A stretch of DNA of 64,000 nucleotides. It comes from Bacteroidota bacterium. Its GTDB lineage: Bacteria; Bacteroidota; Bacteroidia; Flavobacteriales; Flavobacteriaceae. This document shows, piece by piece, positions 52,169 through 62,571 of the stretch (position 1 is the stretch's first letter; each line of letters opens with the position of its first letter). Below the pieces are notes generated by a model. It did no database searches and was not told where the DNA came from. It saw only the letters and a list, made by a program, of their open reading frames with translations. The translations under genes and the position numbers were made by a program. The stretch spans positions 157,875-221,874 of the forward strand of contig JAEWHE010000014.1 in assembly GCA_023387965.1 (NCBI GenBank), written 5' to 3'.

Positions 52169-53008
52169 ATGAGTGCAATAGACTGGAAAACTGTTAAAGA
52201 TTTCGAAGATATTACCTATAAAAAATGCAATGGCGTTGCTAGAATTGCGTTTAACCGTCCGGATGTGAGAAACGCCTTCCGTCCGAAAACTACAAGTGAG
52301 TTATACCAAGCGTTTTACGATGCTCAAGAAGATACTTCAATTGGCGTGATTTTGCTATCTGCTGAAGGTCCATCTTCCAAAGATGGGGTTTATTCTTTTT
52401 GCAGCGGAGGCGATCAAAAAGCGAGAGGACATCAAGGTTACGTTGGCGAAGATGGAATGCATCGCCTTAATATTTTAGAAGTTCAGCGCCTTATTCGTTT
52501 TATGCCGAAAGTGGTTATTGCCGTCGTTCCTGGTTGGGCTGTTGGAGGCGGACATTCGCTTCACGTGGTTTGCGATTTGACTTTGGCAAGTAAAGAACAC
52601 GCAATTTTTAAACAAACCGATGCCGATGTGACTAGTTTTGATGGTGGTTACGGTTCGGCATATTTGGCAAAAATGGTTGGGCAAAAGAAAGCCAGAGAAA
52701 TTTTCTTTTTAGGAAGAAATTATTCTGCTCAAGACGCTTTTGAAATGGGAATGGTAAACGCCGTTATTCCACATGCGGAACTTGAAGATACGGCTTATCA
52801 ATGGGCCCAAGAAATTTTGGAAAAATCACCTACTTCTATCAAAATGCTAAAATTTGCCATGAATTTAACTGACGACGGAATGGTTGGTCAACAAGTTTTT
52901 GCCGGCGAAGCAACGCGTTTGGCGTACATGACAGACGAAGCAAAAGAAGGCCGAAATGCATTTTTGGAAAAAAGAAAACCGAATTTCGAGAAAAAATACA
53001 TTCCGTAA
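52169..53008 (+). CDS. menB: 1,4-dihydroxy-2-naphthoyl-CoA synthase
   Basis: RPDVRNAFRP, FCSGGDQ, GGGHSLHVVCDLT, SFDGGYG. Confidence 0.97.
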   Translation: MSAIDWKTVKDFEDITYKKCNGVARIAFNRPDVRNAFRPKTTSELYQAFYDAQEDTSIGVILLSAEGPSSKDGVYSFCSGGDQKARGHQGYVGEDGMHRLNILEVQRLIRFMPKVVIAVVPGWAVGGGHSLHVVCDLTLASKEHAIFKQTDADVTSFDGGYGSAYLAKMVGQKKAREIFFLGRNYSAQDAFEMGMVNAVIPHAELEDTAYQWAQEILEKSPTSIKMLKFAMNLTDDGMVGQQVFAGEATRLAYMTDEAKEGRNAFLEKRKPNFEKKYIP

Positions 53009-53023
53009 ATTACTTTAATCATT

Positions 53024-53545
53024 ATGGAAGATTTTACAAACGAAACCCTTAATTTAAATAATCTGCCTAAGTTTGAAGAGGTTGTTTATTCCAAATTGCA
53101 TCCTGCTTACCAAAAAGTGGTGCGGATCAACCTGACAATTTTTCAGGTGATTCTTGCCAGCGTTTTTGTGGGTTTGTATTTTTTAGACGAATTTTTTCAG
53201 AATCAAACCTTTATCATTATAACGGCGTGTTCGTGGTTTGGTCTCGGAATTTTTCTGTCGATTTGGTACACAATTGCCATCAAAAATAGAGGTTTTGCCG
53301 TTCGGGAAAAAGATATTTTGTACCAACATGGCGTTTTATCAACCACCACAACCATCGTTCCTTATAACCGAATCCAACATGTGGCTTTGCACGAAGGCGC
53401 GATTGCAAGAATTTTTAAATTGGCACAAATCCAGATTTTTACCGCTGGAGGTGCTTCATCCGACTTAAAAATTTCGGGTTTAGATAAAGAAGAAGCCGAA
53501 AAAATAAAATCGTTGTTGATGCAACAAATTCAGCATCACGTTTAA
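53024..53545 (+). CDS. YdbS-like membrane protein with bacterial PH domain
   Basis: Two TMs; VPYNRIQHV, IFTAGG..DLKISGL. Confidence 0.8.
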   Translation: MEDFTNETLNLNNLPKFEEVVYSKLHPAYQKVVRINLTIFQVILASVFVGLYFLDEFFQNQTFIIITACSWFGLGIFLSIWYTIAIKNRGFAVREKDILYQHGVLSTTTTIVPYNRIQHVALHEGAIARIFKLAQIQIFTAGGASSDLKISGLDKEEAEKIKSLLMQQIQHHV

Positions 53546-53550
53546 ATTCA

Positions 53551-55071
53551 ATGGAAGGTTTTAATTTTCAAATACCACAAAGACAATCTGTTACCGGAAT
53601 TTTGGTGATGTTTGCCGATACGCTTCAAAAATTTTTGAGAGCCATGTGGGTTCCGCTTGCGTTATTTTTATTTAAGGCAAAAGAACCCAAAGCATATTTG
53701 TTCATTGGCGGAATTGTGTTGCTTTGTTGCGTTGTTGGCGCCGTGATTGCTTATTTGCGCTACCGAAATTTTACTTTTTATTTAGACGAAAACAACCGCG
53801 AATTTATCTTGAAAAAAGGCGTCTTTCAAAAAAGCGTCATCTCTATTCAGCTCGATAAAATCCAGCAAGTAAACATCAATCAAAATTTAATTCAAAAAAT
53901 TTCCGGGGTGTTTAGTTTGGAAATCGATACCGCCGGAAGTAGTGGAAAGGAAGTAAAAATTTCTGCGGTAAAAGAAGAATTGGCGCAAGCCTTAAAAGCC
54001 AAATTGCTTTCTTTTGATTTTGAAAATAAAACGGTTTTCAATGAAACTACCGAAGAGAATCCACAAGAAATTGGTCACAACAAACCATTTATTAAACTCA
54101 GTAATTTAACGCTTTTAAAAATTGGTTTAACCTCAAATTACGGGCGTTCGATCGCTATTTTAATTGGTTTTTTCATCACTTTGTACCAAAGTATCAAAGA
54201 TTTTGTGCAAACCTTTGAACTCGACGAATCCGAAGTTGATTCGGTTTTAGAGAGAAGTTTTGGCTTGTTATCTGTCGGGATTTTAATTTTTGCTTTTTTC
54301 CTCGTAACCATTTTTGTGAACGTAATCCGAACTTTTTTGAAACACTTTGATTTTGAAATGGTGCAACAAAACCAATCGTTTGCCATCACTTCGGGTTTAT
54401 TTGCCAAGAAAAATACATTGGTAAATCCTAAAAAAGTTCAAATTACATCGGTGAGTCGTAATTTTTTTCAAAAGAAACTTAAAATTTTTGACATCAATAC
54501 CAAGCAAGCTTCGGATCAACAAGTGAAGGAGAATAACAAGTTTGGAAATTTTATCGAAATTCCGGGTTGTGATTTTGACGAAAAACAGCATATTTTGCAA
54601 ATAATTTTCGGGCAAATTCCACAAAAAGGAAAAAAAATGCGTCCCAATTTCCGTTACCTGATTAGCAAAGTTTTGAAGCTCATCGTCATTCCGGTAAGCA
54701 TTTTTACCATTTTTGCCTTAAAAGTTTATCCGAGTTGGCAGGAATTTTTCCCGTTAATTTTTGTATATTTAACCTTAGTTGTTGCTTTGATTTATTACGG
54801 TTTTCAAAATAATGCTCTTTTTGTAAACGACCAATTTGTTGTCAAAACCCACGGAGCTTGGGACGTCGAAGACGAAATTATCGAACCGTATAAAATTCAG
54901 GCGATCACTACAAAACAATATTTTTGGAACAAAAAATCAAACGTAGGTCATGTGTACCTTCATACGGCTGCGGGAGATTTGCAGTTTAAGTTTGGCAATT
55001 TTTCCGAAATTAAAAATCTAACCAACTATTGGCTGTACAAAGTTGAGGTTTCCAAGAAAAATTGGATGTAA
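53551..55071 (+). CDS. YdbT-like membrane protein with three bacterial PH domains
   Basis: Repeated TM pair + KIQ.V...DTAG / HTAAG modules. Confidence 0.8.
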   Translation: MEGFNFQIPQRQSVTGILVMFADTLQKFLRAMWVPLALFLFKAKEPKAYLFIGGIVLLCCVVGAVIAYLRYRNFTFYLDENNREFILKKGVFQKSVISIQLDKIQQVNINQNLIQKISGVFSLEIDTAGSSGKEVKISAVKEELAQALKAKLLSFDFENKTVFNETTEENPQEIGHNKPFIKLSNLTLLKIGLTSNYGRSIAILIGFFITLYQSIKDFVQTFELDESEVDSVLERSFGLLSVGILIFAFFLVTIFVNVIRTFLKHFDFEMVQQNQSFAITSGLFAKKNTLVNPKKVQITSVSRNFFQKKLKIFDINTKQASDQQVKENNKFGNFIEIPGCDFDEKQHILQIIFGQIPQKGKKMRPNFRYLISKVLKLIVIPVSIFTIFALKVYPSWQEFFPLIFVYLTLVVALIYYGFQNNALFVNDQFVVKTHGAWDVEDEIIEPYKIQAITTKQYFWNKKSNVGHVYLHTAAGDLQFKFGNFSEIKNLTNYWLYKVEVSKKNWM

Positions 55072-55098
55072 CTTTACACACTATTTTAAACACTAAAA

Positions 55099-56070
55099 AT
55101 GAGACATTGGGTTGAAGCAGCTCGACTGCGAACTTTACCACTTTCAGTTTCCGGAATTATCGTTGGAAGTATGTTTGCCTTGGCATATCCTACACAAAAT
55201 GTGCTGACGCCAACAGATGTATTTAATTGGCAACTATTTGGTTTTGCGTTACTTACTACTTTAGGATTGCAAATTTTATCGAACTTTGCCAACGATTATG
55301 GCGATGGAATAAAAGGCACGGATAACGACGATCGCATTGGCCCGAAACGCGCTTTGCAAAGCGGAACGATTTCGCCGCAAGCTATGAAACGCGCCATAAT
55401 TATTACCTCTTTTTTGACTTTCATCTGTTCACTATTACTTATTTATTTTGCTTTTGGCGTAGAATACATCGGTTATTCCGTGTTTTTCATTGTCTTAGGA
55501 ACTTTGGCGATTATGTCGGCAATTCGATACACGGTTGGAAACACAGCTTACGGGTACCGCGGTTACGGCGATTTTTTCGTGTTTGTATTTTTCGGATTGG
55601 TAAGTACGCTTGGCGTTAATTTTTTATATTCTAAAGAAGTTGATCCGGTTTTAATTTTACCGGCGGTTGCCATTGGATTTTTAAGCGTTGGCGTTTTAAA
55701 TCTCAACAATATGCGCGACGAAATTTCTGATAGAAAAGTGCAAAAAAATACTTTAGTCGTAAAAATAGGTGGAGCTGCTGCTAAAAAATACCATTATTTC
55801 TTGGTAATTTCTGCAATGGTTTTGTGCATTGTGTTCTCATTTTTGCTCGATTTCCGTTTGGACCAATATCTATTTTTAATCGCTTACATTCCGTTTACCA
55901 AACATCTGTTTCGTGTGAAAAAAGCAATTGATCCAAAAGATTTCGATCCTGAACTGAAAAAACTTGCCATTGCTACATTTTTATTGTCAATTTTACTTTC
56001 GTTAGATTTAATTTCGTTCATCCAAGACGTTGTCATGCAAATATTTAACGTCTCAGTTAACCAATTCTAA
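55099..56070 (+). CDS. menA: 1,4-dihydroxy-2-naphthoate prenyltransferase
   Basis: RLRTLPLS, NFANDYGDGIKGTD, NNMRDEISD..KNTL. Confidence 0.93.
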   Translation: MRHWVEAARLRTLPLSVSGIIVGSMFALAYPTQNVLTPTDVFNWQLFGFALLTTLGLQILSNFANDYGDGIKGTDNDDRIGPKRALQSGTISPQAMKRAIIITSFLTFICSLLLIYFAFGVEYIGYSVFFIVLGTLAIMSAIRYTVGNTAYGYRGYGDFFVFVFFGLVSTLGVNFLYSKEVDPVLILPAVAIGFLSVGVLNLNNMRDEISDRKVQKNTLVVKIGGAAAKKYHYFLVISAMVLCIVFSFLLDFRLDQYLFLIAYIPFTKHLFRVKKAIDPKDFDPELKKLAIATFLLSILLSLDLISFIQDVVMQIFNVSVNQF

Positions 56071-56082
56071 AAACCTATTGTT

Positions 56083-56760
56083 ATGAAAATTACTTATTAC
56101 GGACAAAATAGTTTGAGCATAGAAATCGCCGGAAAAAACATCATCGTTGATCCTTTTATTTCCGGCAATGAAAATGCTTCACACGTTGATATCAATAGCC
56201 TGAAAGCCGATTTTATTTTGGTCACACATGCCCACGAAGACCATACTTTAGACGTGAATGCCATCGCCAAAAATACTGGAGCAACCATCGTTTCTAATGC
56301 AGAAATCGCTGGTTATTACGAAAAAAAAGGCCATAAAACCCATCCAATGAATCACGGCGGAAGCTGGAAATTTGATTTCGGAAAGGTAAAATACGTTAGC
56401 GCGATTCACTCGAGTTCCTTTCCAGACGGCACTTACGGCGGAAATCCCGGCGGTTTTGTCATCGAAGGCGAACACAAGAATATTTATATTGCTGGCGACA
56501 CCGCTCTTACATTCGACATGAAACTCATCCCGCTTCGCACCAAGCTGGACCTTGCCGTTTTGCCCATCGGCGACAATTTTACGATGGACATTGACGACGC
56601 CATCATCGCCTCAGATTTCATCGAATGTGACAAAATTCTCGGTTGTCATTACGACACTTTTGGCTACATCGAAATTGACCATGATGACGCCAAACGCAAA
56701 TTTTTTCAAGCAGGAAAAGACCTCATGTTGCTGGAAATTGGCGAGTCAATCGAATTATAA
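56083..56760 (+). CDS. Metallo-beta-lactamase-fold hydrolase (UPF0173-like)
   Basis: VDPFI, THAHEDH, AGDT, LPIGDNFTM, HYDTF. Confidence 0.9.
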   Translation: MKITYYGQNSLSIEIAGKNIIVDPFISGNENASHVDINSLKADFILVTHAHEDHTLDVNAIAKNTGATIVSNAEIAGYYEKKGHKTHPMNHGGSWKFDFGKVKYVSAIHSSSFPDGTYGGNPGGFVIEGEHKNIYIAGDTALTFDMKLIPLRTKLDLAVLPIGDNFTMDIDDAIIASDFIECDKILGCHYDTFGYIEIDHDDAKRKFFQAGKDLMLLEIGESIEL

Positions 56761-56762
56761 AT

Positions 56763-56873
56763 TTTTTTAGAAGCGAAAGTTAAGGCATTTTCAGCCAACT
56801 ATTTTCCCGCTTTTCGGTACAAGTTTTGCCACAAGAAAAATGTGGCAAAAGCTTTCCCCTTCAATCGGGGCTA
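56763..56873 (-). ncRNA. Dispersed structured element copy G (Flavo-1-like)
   Basis: Minus strand TAGCCCCGATTGAAGGGGAAAGCTTTTGCCACA-loop-TGTGGCAAAACTTGTACCGAAAAGCGGGAA...TTCGCTTCTAAAA. Confidence 0.65.
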
Positions 56874-57036
56874 CGGAAAAAACTTCAGGCATTTTTGGAA
56901 ACTTCAGGACCAATCGTCGTGTTTAAATTTGGATAGCATTAAAAATTTTGCGAAAGCAGAAATACCTATCAATAAAATCTTTTAATTTGCGGAAGTAATT
57001 CACATTTTTGTTTTCTAAAAAATCGCTTTTTCGCAC

Positions 57037-58233
57037 ATGAAAAAAATTTTGTTTTTCCTTGTATTTCTCAATATTCACGCTGGTTTTTCACAGCAAGATG
57101 GGTATTGGGATAAAGATCGCGCCACCACAAAAGAAATTGTTTTAACAGCCGGAAGCAGAGTCGCGATAAAATCCGAAGACCTCCCAACCGGAACCACAGA
57201 AATCGTTTACCGAATTACGTTGTTAGACGACAATCAGCAACTCGCAAGCAGTTTGGTTTCGTTGCTAAAGTCAATCCCAGATCCGTCGGGAATCAGTCAG
57301 GGTGGAGCGGGAGCAGTTTTTTTAATGTCCAAAGTTTCAGGCGACGACAAGTGCAAATACGGCGTATTTTCTTCAGAAAAAAATGCCAACGATTACGAAA
57401 AATACGGAAAATTAGCCAACGCTTGTTTTGCTCAAAATAAAGCTGTCAGTAAAGACGCGAAACGAATTACAGCTGAAAAATCAGATTGTTTCACTCCCGA
57501 AACCGAAAATATTTGGTTTGGTTTCGAAAGCCAAAACTGGATTATGAAACAAAAAATTGTGCTCGAAATCGTGCCTTGGGTTGATACTAAATTAAGTCGC
57601 GGTTGGAATGTTTCGCATCGACAATCGATTTTAAATCAATTAATTAAAGCCAATTTTTCAAAAAAACTCATAAATAAAAATGAATTGGCTTTGTGCGTTC
57701 TTGAAAAATTACAACAAAAATACCGCTATAAAGAGTTTACCAATTTGCTCAATATCGAACAAAATACAATCACCAGCGAATTAGCTGATCAGTGTTTCAG
57801 CAAACCTTCAACTGGCTTGTTAACAGCCTTGAGAAACGATGCCAACCAACATTTTAAAAATCAAAATTTTGCTGATGCCATCGATGTTTTGAAAAATAAT
57901 ATTATCGACAAACAAAATGCCAATGCTTTGGATTACAATAATTTAGGTTATTATTATTTGTTCTCCAATCAGTTTGACAAAGCGTTTCAAACTTTAAAAA
58001 CAGCTCAAAAATTAGATGACGCCGAATTACTTATCGACCTTAATTTGGCACATTATTATTTGTTGACAGGAGAATTTCGCAAGGCAAAAGAAATTCATTT
58101 GGAGCATTTAAACCAAAATGTTTCTGCCACAAAAAGCTGGAAAAATAAAGCTTTTTCGGATTTTGAAGAAATGAAAAAAGCCAATTTAAATGTTCCGGAT
58201 TTGGGAAAAATCATCAAAGTTCTCGAAGATTAA
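57037..58233 (+). CDS. Secreted protein with C-terminal TPR repeats
   Basis: Signal peptide; YNNLGYYYL, LNLAHYYLL TPR-like repeats. Confidence 0.75.
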   Translation: MKKILFFLVFLNIHAGFSQQDGYWDKDRATTKEIVLTAGSRVAIKSEDLPTGTTEIVYRITLLDDNQQLASSLVSLLKSIPDPSGISQGGAGAVFLMSKVSGDDKCKYGVFSSEKNANDYEKYGKLANACFAQNKAVSKDAKRITAEKSDCFTPETENIWFGFESQNWIMKQKIVLEIVPWVDTKLSRGWNVSHRQSILNQLIKANFSKKLINKNELALCVLEKLQQKYRYKEFTNLLNIEQNTITSELADQCFSKPSTGLLTALRNDANQHFKNQNFADAIDVLKNNIIDKQNANALDYNNLGYYYLFSNQFDKAFQTLKTAQKLDDAELLIDLNLAHYYLLTGEFRKAKEIHLEHLNQNVSATKSWKNKAFSDFEEMKKANLNVPDLGKIIKVLED

Positions 58234-58236
58234 TTT

Positions 58237-59274
58237 ATGAAAGCATCTTATCAAAAATATATTTTAAATTTTAAAAAACCGTCCGGAACTTCTCGTGGCA
58301 TCATGACTACTAAAGAAACTTTTTTTCTTTTTTTAGAAGAAAATGGAAAAAAGGGAATGGGCGAATGCGGCGTTTTGCGTGGTTTGAGTATCGATGATCG
58401 TCCGGATTATGAGGAAAAATTACAATGGATTTGCCAAAATATTGAGGCTGGAGAAGATTGGCTTTTAGAAAACTTAAAAGAATTTCCTTCGATACAATTT
58501 GGTGTCGAAACCGCTTTTCGGTCGTTGAAATCAAGCAATATTTTTGAAATTTTTCCTTCGGAATTTACAAGTGGTGAAAAAAATATTCCGATAAACGGTT
58601 TAGTTTGGATGGGCGAAAAACAATTTATGAAAGACCAAATTGAAGAAAAAATTGAATCTGGTTTTTCGTGTATCAAACTGAAAATTGGCGCCATCGAATT
58701 TGAAAAAGAGCTCGAACTATTGCAATTCATCAGAGAAAATTATCCTCCCGAAAAAATTGAAATTCGTGTGGATGCAAATGGCGCATTTGCTCCAGCCGAA
58801 GCTTTGGAAAAATTAAACCGTTTGTCAACGTTTAAAATCCACAGCATTGAGCAACCGATCAAGCAAAATCAACCCGATTTGATGGCAAATTTGTGCAAAG
58901 AAACTCCAATTCCAATTGCTTTAGACGAAGAGTTGATTGGTGTTTTTGAACTTTCGGAAAAACGGAAATTATTGCAAAAAATAAAACCGCATCATATCAT
59001 TCTAAAGCCAAGTTTGGTGGGTGGTTTCAACGGCAGTTTGCAATGGATTTCGCTTGCCGAAGAAATGGGAATTGGCTGGTGGATTACGTCTGCATTGGAG
59101 AGTAACATTGGTTTAAATGCCATTGCACAATTTACTTTTGTGCAACAAAACCCGATGCCGCAAGGTTTGGGAACGGGTTCGCTGTACACTAATAATTTTG
59201 AATCGCCTTTAGTCGTAAAAAATGGTTTTTTGCAATATGATGTTGCGAAAAATTGGCAATTTAATTTGCCTTAA
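58237..59274 (+). CDS. menC: o-succinylbenzoate synthase
   Basis: Enolase superfamily KLKIG, RVDANG, IEQP, LDEE, ILKP; men gene context. Confidence 0.88.
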   Translation: MKASYQKYILNFKKPSGTSRGIMTTKETFFLFLEENGKKGMGECGVLRGLSIDDRPDYEEKLQWICQNIEAGEDWLLENLKEFPSIQFGVETAFRSLKSSNIFEIFPSEFTSGEKNIPINGLVWMGEKQFMKDQIEEKIESGFSCIKLKIGAIEFEKELELLQFIRENYPPEKIEIRVDANGAFAPAEALEKLNRLSTFKIHSIEQPIKQNQPDLMANLCKETPIPIALDEELIGVFELSEKRKLLQKIKPHHIILKPSLVGGFNGSLQWISLAEEMGIGWWITSALESNIGLNAIAQFTFVQQNPMPQGLGTGSLYTNNFESPLVVKNGFLQYDVAKNWQFNLP

Positions 59275-61559
59275 TTTTTTTTCGGAAACGCAATTGGAGC
59301 ACTCAACAATTGATCCGGAATGGCAAAAGCTTCCACCAACGGAACCGCATTTTGTCTGATTTCCCAGCACAATTGGTTCACTGCTTTTCGAACGGCTTTG
59401 GTTTTCACGCCTTCCATGTAACCTTGTTCTAAAAACCAACTCGCATTTTTTTCGATGGTGTGCAAAGCAAAAAGTTTGCAAAGTTTTCCCAACACATTTT
59501 TCAAATTTTCGTCGTTGATTTTTTCGATGGCTTCGTAAAATTGCTTCAAAATTATGTTTTCAAGATATGCTTGTGCCACGTTAATCAAGTGGTGTTGCAC
59601 GATATTGAAAGCGTCAAACGAATCCATCCCGGAATCCAGTAATTTTTTAATTCTTTTTCCGGCTGACGCCAAAATCTCTTTTTCGCGGTATTCAAACGCA
59701 TGAAGATGAAAATTTGAATCCAAAATGTGTTTTTCATCAGTATTTCTGGTGGCAAAAGGATTTTTGTAAGTGATTGAAGTTTTGGCTTGATCCACCACGT
59801 AATTAAACATCCCGAAAGTGTCCATTTCGCCAAATTGTTTCGAAAATTCTGACAAGCGATTTTTAGCAACCAAATTCATCAAAACCGTGTTGTCGCCTTC
59901 AAATGTCGTGTAAACTTCAGTGTCATTTTTCAACGCATCAAACCGATTTTCGCTCATGTAACCCTTTCCGCCACAAGCTTCCCGACATTCCTGAATGGCA
60001 TCGCGGGTATTCCAAGTGGTGTAAGCTTTCATTCCGGCGGCAAGCGCTTCAATTTCCTGCATTTCGGCTTCATTTCGATGTAAAAATCTTTGTGTTACAT
60101 ATTGCAAAGCAAAATGACAAGCGTAAACATTTGCCAAATACGGCATCAGTCGTCGCTGGTGAATTCTGTAATTTAAAATGGGAACTTCCGTGCCGTTTTG
60201 TGGACCAAATTGTCGCCTTTGATCACCATATTTTATGGCAATTGTTAAAGCTGATTTTGCCGCGGCATTTGCCGAACGTGGAATCCCGATTCTTCCGCCA
60301 ACTAAAGTTCCTAACATCGTGAAAAAACGTCGGTTGTCGCTAGAAATCGGGCTGGTAAATTTTCCGTTTGTATCGATTGAGGCAAATTTATCGAGCATGT
60401 TTTCCTTTGGAATTACAACATTTTTGAAATAAATAATGCCGTTATCCACGCCATTCAAGCCCATTTTTTTACCGCAATCTTCAATGGTGATTCCATCTAA
60501 AATATTTCCTTTGGAATCTCTAATCGGAACTATAAAAGTGTTGACACCATAATCCTTTCCGTCAATAATTAATTTGGCAAAAACCGTTGCCATTTGTCCA
60601 TCACGTGCGGCATTTCCAATGTATTCTTTTCTGGCAAAATGATGTGGCGTATTGATTGTAAAAGTTTTGTCAGCATGATTGTAAGTTGCCATTGTTTCCA
60701 ATGCTTTCACGTTAGAACCGTGATTGGTTTCAGTCATAGCGAAGCAACCCGGAAGCGAGAGATTTCCTACTTTTTTCAGGTATTTTTTGTAATGTTTTTC
60801 GGTTCCCAAAGAGTGAATACTCATTCCCCAAAGCCCGAATTGCACTCCAAATTTTATGACTAAACTTAAATCATGATAACTTAAGGTTTCCATGATGGCA
60901 AAATACGATTCGATGTCGTCTTTCCCGCCGTGTTCCTTGGGATAAGCCGTGGAACCCAAACCTTCTTTTGCTAAAATTTTGCACCACTTCAAAACCTTTT
61001 CACGATAAACCTCAATATCAGTTGATTCTTCGTATTTGAAACTTGGTCTGCAAAGAATTTTTTTGACCAAGTCAATCGTTTCTTTTTGATTTCCGTCTAA
61101 AATTTCGGTTAGTTTTTCAATTTGGAAAGCAGGTTCTGTAGCATATTCTGAAGTAATAGTACCGTGATTTTCTTTAAATGCAAAAACCGCTTCACTGCTT
61201 ATAATTCCTAATTTTTTTTCGATATTTTGCAACGAAATATATAGCTTTTTGAGCGTTTCGTCTTTGATGTTGTTTTGTTCGATTAATACTAATTTTACTG
61301 CGACATCCGTCAATGTTTCCTTTTCGTCCGAAGGATTTATAGCAGGTAAAATCATTTCTTTCCAACTTTGCAAATCTGCTCTGGAAGGTGGATTTTCGAT
61401 ATTAATTAAGGAAGAAATTTCTGATTTTTCTTTTGGCGAAAGCCAATTTTCGGATTTAATTGTAGAAGCGATAATTTCCGATTGTTCGCTTGTCATCACA
61501 TCATCACGCCAAGAAATATAAAGTATAGGAAGCAAGGCTTTTGCCAAAGAATTTTTCAT
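59271..61559 (-). CDS. Acyl-CoA oxidase/dehydrogenase with N-terminal extension
   Basis: GCFAMTETNHGSNV, GLNGVDNG, CREACGGKGY, TFEGDNTVL. Confidence 0.88.
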   Translation of the reverse strand: MKNSLAKALLPILYISWRDDVMTSEQSEIIASTIKSENWLSPKEKSEISSLINIENPPSRADLQSWKEMILPAINPSDEKETLTDVAVKLVLIEQNNIKDETLKKLYISLQNIEKKLGIISSEAVFAFKENHGTITSEYATEPAFQIEKLTEILDGNQKETIDLVKKILCRPSFKYEESTDIEVYREKVLKWCKILAKEGLGSTAYPKEHGGKDDIESYFAIMETLSYHDLSLVIKFGVQFGLWGMSIHSLGTEKHYKKYLKKVGNLSLPGCFAMTETNHGSNVKALETMATYNHADKTFTINTPHHFARKEYIGNAARDGQMATVFAKLIIDGKDYGVNTFIVPIRDSKGNILDGITIEDCGKKMGLNGVDNGIIYFKNVVIPKENMLDKFASIDTNGKFTSPISSDNRRFFTMLGTLVGGRIGIPRSANAAAKSALTIAIKYGDQRRQFGPQNGTEVPILNYRIHQRRLMPYLANVYACHFALQYVTQRFLHRNEAEMQEIEALAAGMKAYTTWNTRDAIQECREACGGKGYMSENRFDALKNDTEVYTTFEGDNTVLMNLVAKNRLSEFSKQFGEMDTFGMFNYVVDQAKTSITYKNPFATRNTDEKHILDSNFHLHAFEYREKEILASAGKRIKKLLDSGMDSFDAFNIVQHHLINVAQAYLENIILKQFYEAIEKINDENLKNVLGKLCKLFALHTIEKNASWFLEQGYMEGVKTKAVRKAVNQLCWEIRQNAVPLVEAFAIPDQLLSAPIAFPKKN

Positions 61560-61607
61560 AATTGTAAAGCTTTTCCTTAAAATTACTGATTAGAATTTTA
61601 ACTCGCC

Positions 61608-62093
61608 TTAAATGTCTGTTAATTGTTTTTTCTGCTGGAATTTTCGCAAACTTTCGATGGCTTCGTGCTGTACTTTTTTCTTTAAAAACGTTGTCCAACC
61701 TAACCAAAACCCAATGTTTCCTAAAGCTTGTTTCGCCCAAGTGTGAAAATCAAATTCGTCTTCGTGGGCAAAAATAAGCCCGTCTTTAAAAACAAAATTG
61801 GCTCTGATTTTATTCTTAACTTTTCGCTTTGTTTTGGAAAAAACATAAATCGCAGTCCACTTTGCCGAACCTGTCGTGGCGTTCGCTTTAATGTCAGAAA
61901 ATTCTACGGATAAATTTCCTTTCGCACGCTCGAGCAACATTTGCCACATATCCGAAATGTCTTTCCCTTGAAGCGTTCCAAAAGCCGGATCTTTAAAAAT
62001 GGCTTCGGGATGGTAACAGCTAGCCATGGTTTGATAATTGTGGTTGGCAAATGCAGAATAAAATTCTTCGATAATTTGTTCGTTCGTGTTCAT
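61608..62093 (-). CDS. SnoaL/NTF2-like protein
   Basis: FYSAF, CYHPEAIFKDPAFG, FKDGLI..H.D.F. Confidence 0.82.
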   Translation of the reverse strand: MNTNEQIIEEFYSAFANHNYQTMASCYHPEAIFKDPAFGTLQGKDISDMWQMLLERAKGNLSVEFSDIKANATTGSAKWTAIYVFSKTKRKVKNKIRANFVFKDGLIFAHEDEFDFHTWAKQALGNIGFWLGWTTFLKKKVQHEAIESLRKFQQKKQLTDI

Positions 62094-62106
62094 TTTTTGG
62101 TAAAAT

Positions 62107-62571
62107 TTATGGCTGATAATTGTCGGTCCAATCGGTGGATTTTATGGCAGAAACTTTGTTGTCTTTGTTCAAAGTTACCTGAAGTTCTTTTTGCTGGTAT
62201 TTTTTTTCGTAATCGGCTTTAAATCTAAACACGATTTCTTCGTCATCCTCATCTCTGATAGCCTCTATAAAACGAAGGTCGAGAAATTTTCCGTGTTTTA
62301 AGGCAAATTTTCTGCAGGTTGCCGAAAGACGTTCTAGAGTCGTGTTTTGAATCACTTTGTCAGTAGCCTCTTCTTTTGTGAAAGGTTTGAATTTGGAAGT
62401 GTTGCAAGCGCTTAAAACGCGTTTTCCTAAAGTGTAAGCTTTTGATTTTTGCGCTTCGGAAATGGCGGCAACTTCCACTTTTTCAGGTTCGGTGGGTTTT
62501 GAAGTTTTTTTAGATTTACACGAAAATAAAAATGCAGAACATAAGAATATGAAAACAATTTTTTTAGTCAT
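62107..62571 (-). CDS. Hypothetical lipoprotein
   Basis: Lipobox LFSC. Confidence 0.7.
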   Translation of the reverse strand: MTKKIVFIFLCSAFLFSCKSKKTSKPTEPEKVEVAAISEAQKSKAYTLGKRVLSACNTSKFKPFTKEEATDKVIQNTTLERLSATCRKFALKHGKFLDLRFIEAIRDEDDEEIVFRFKADYEKKYQQKELQVTLNKDNKVSAIKSTDWTDNYQP

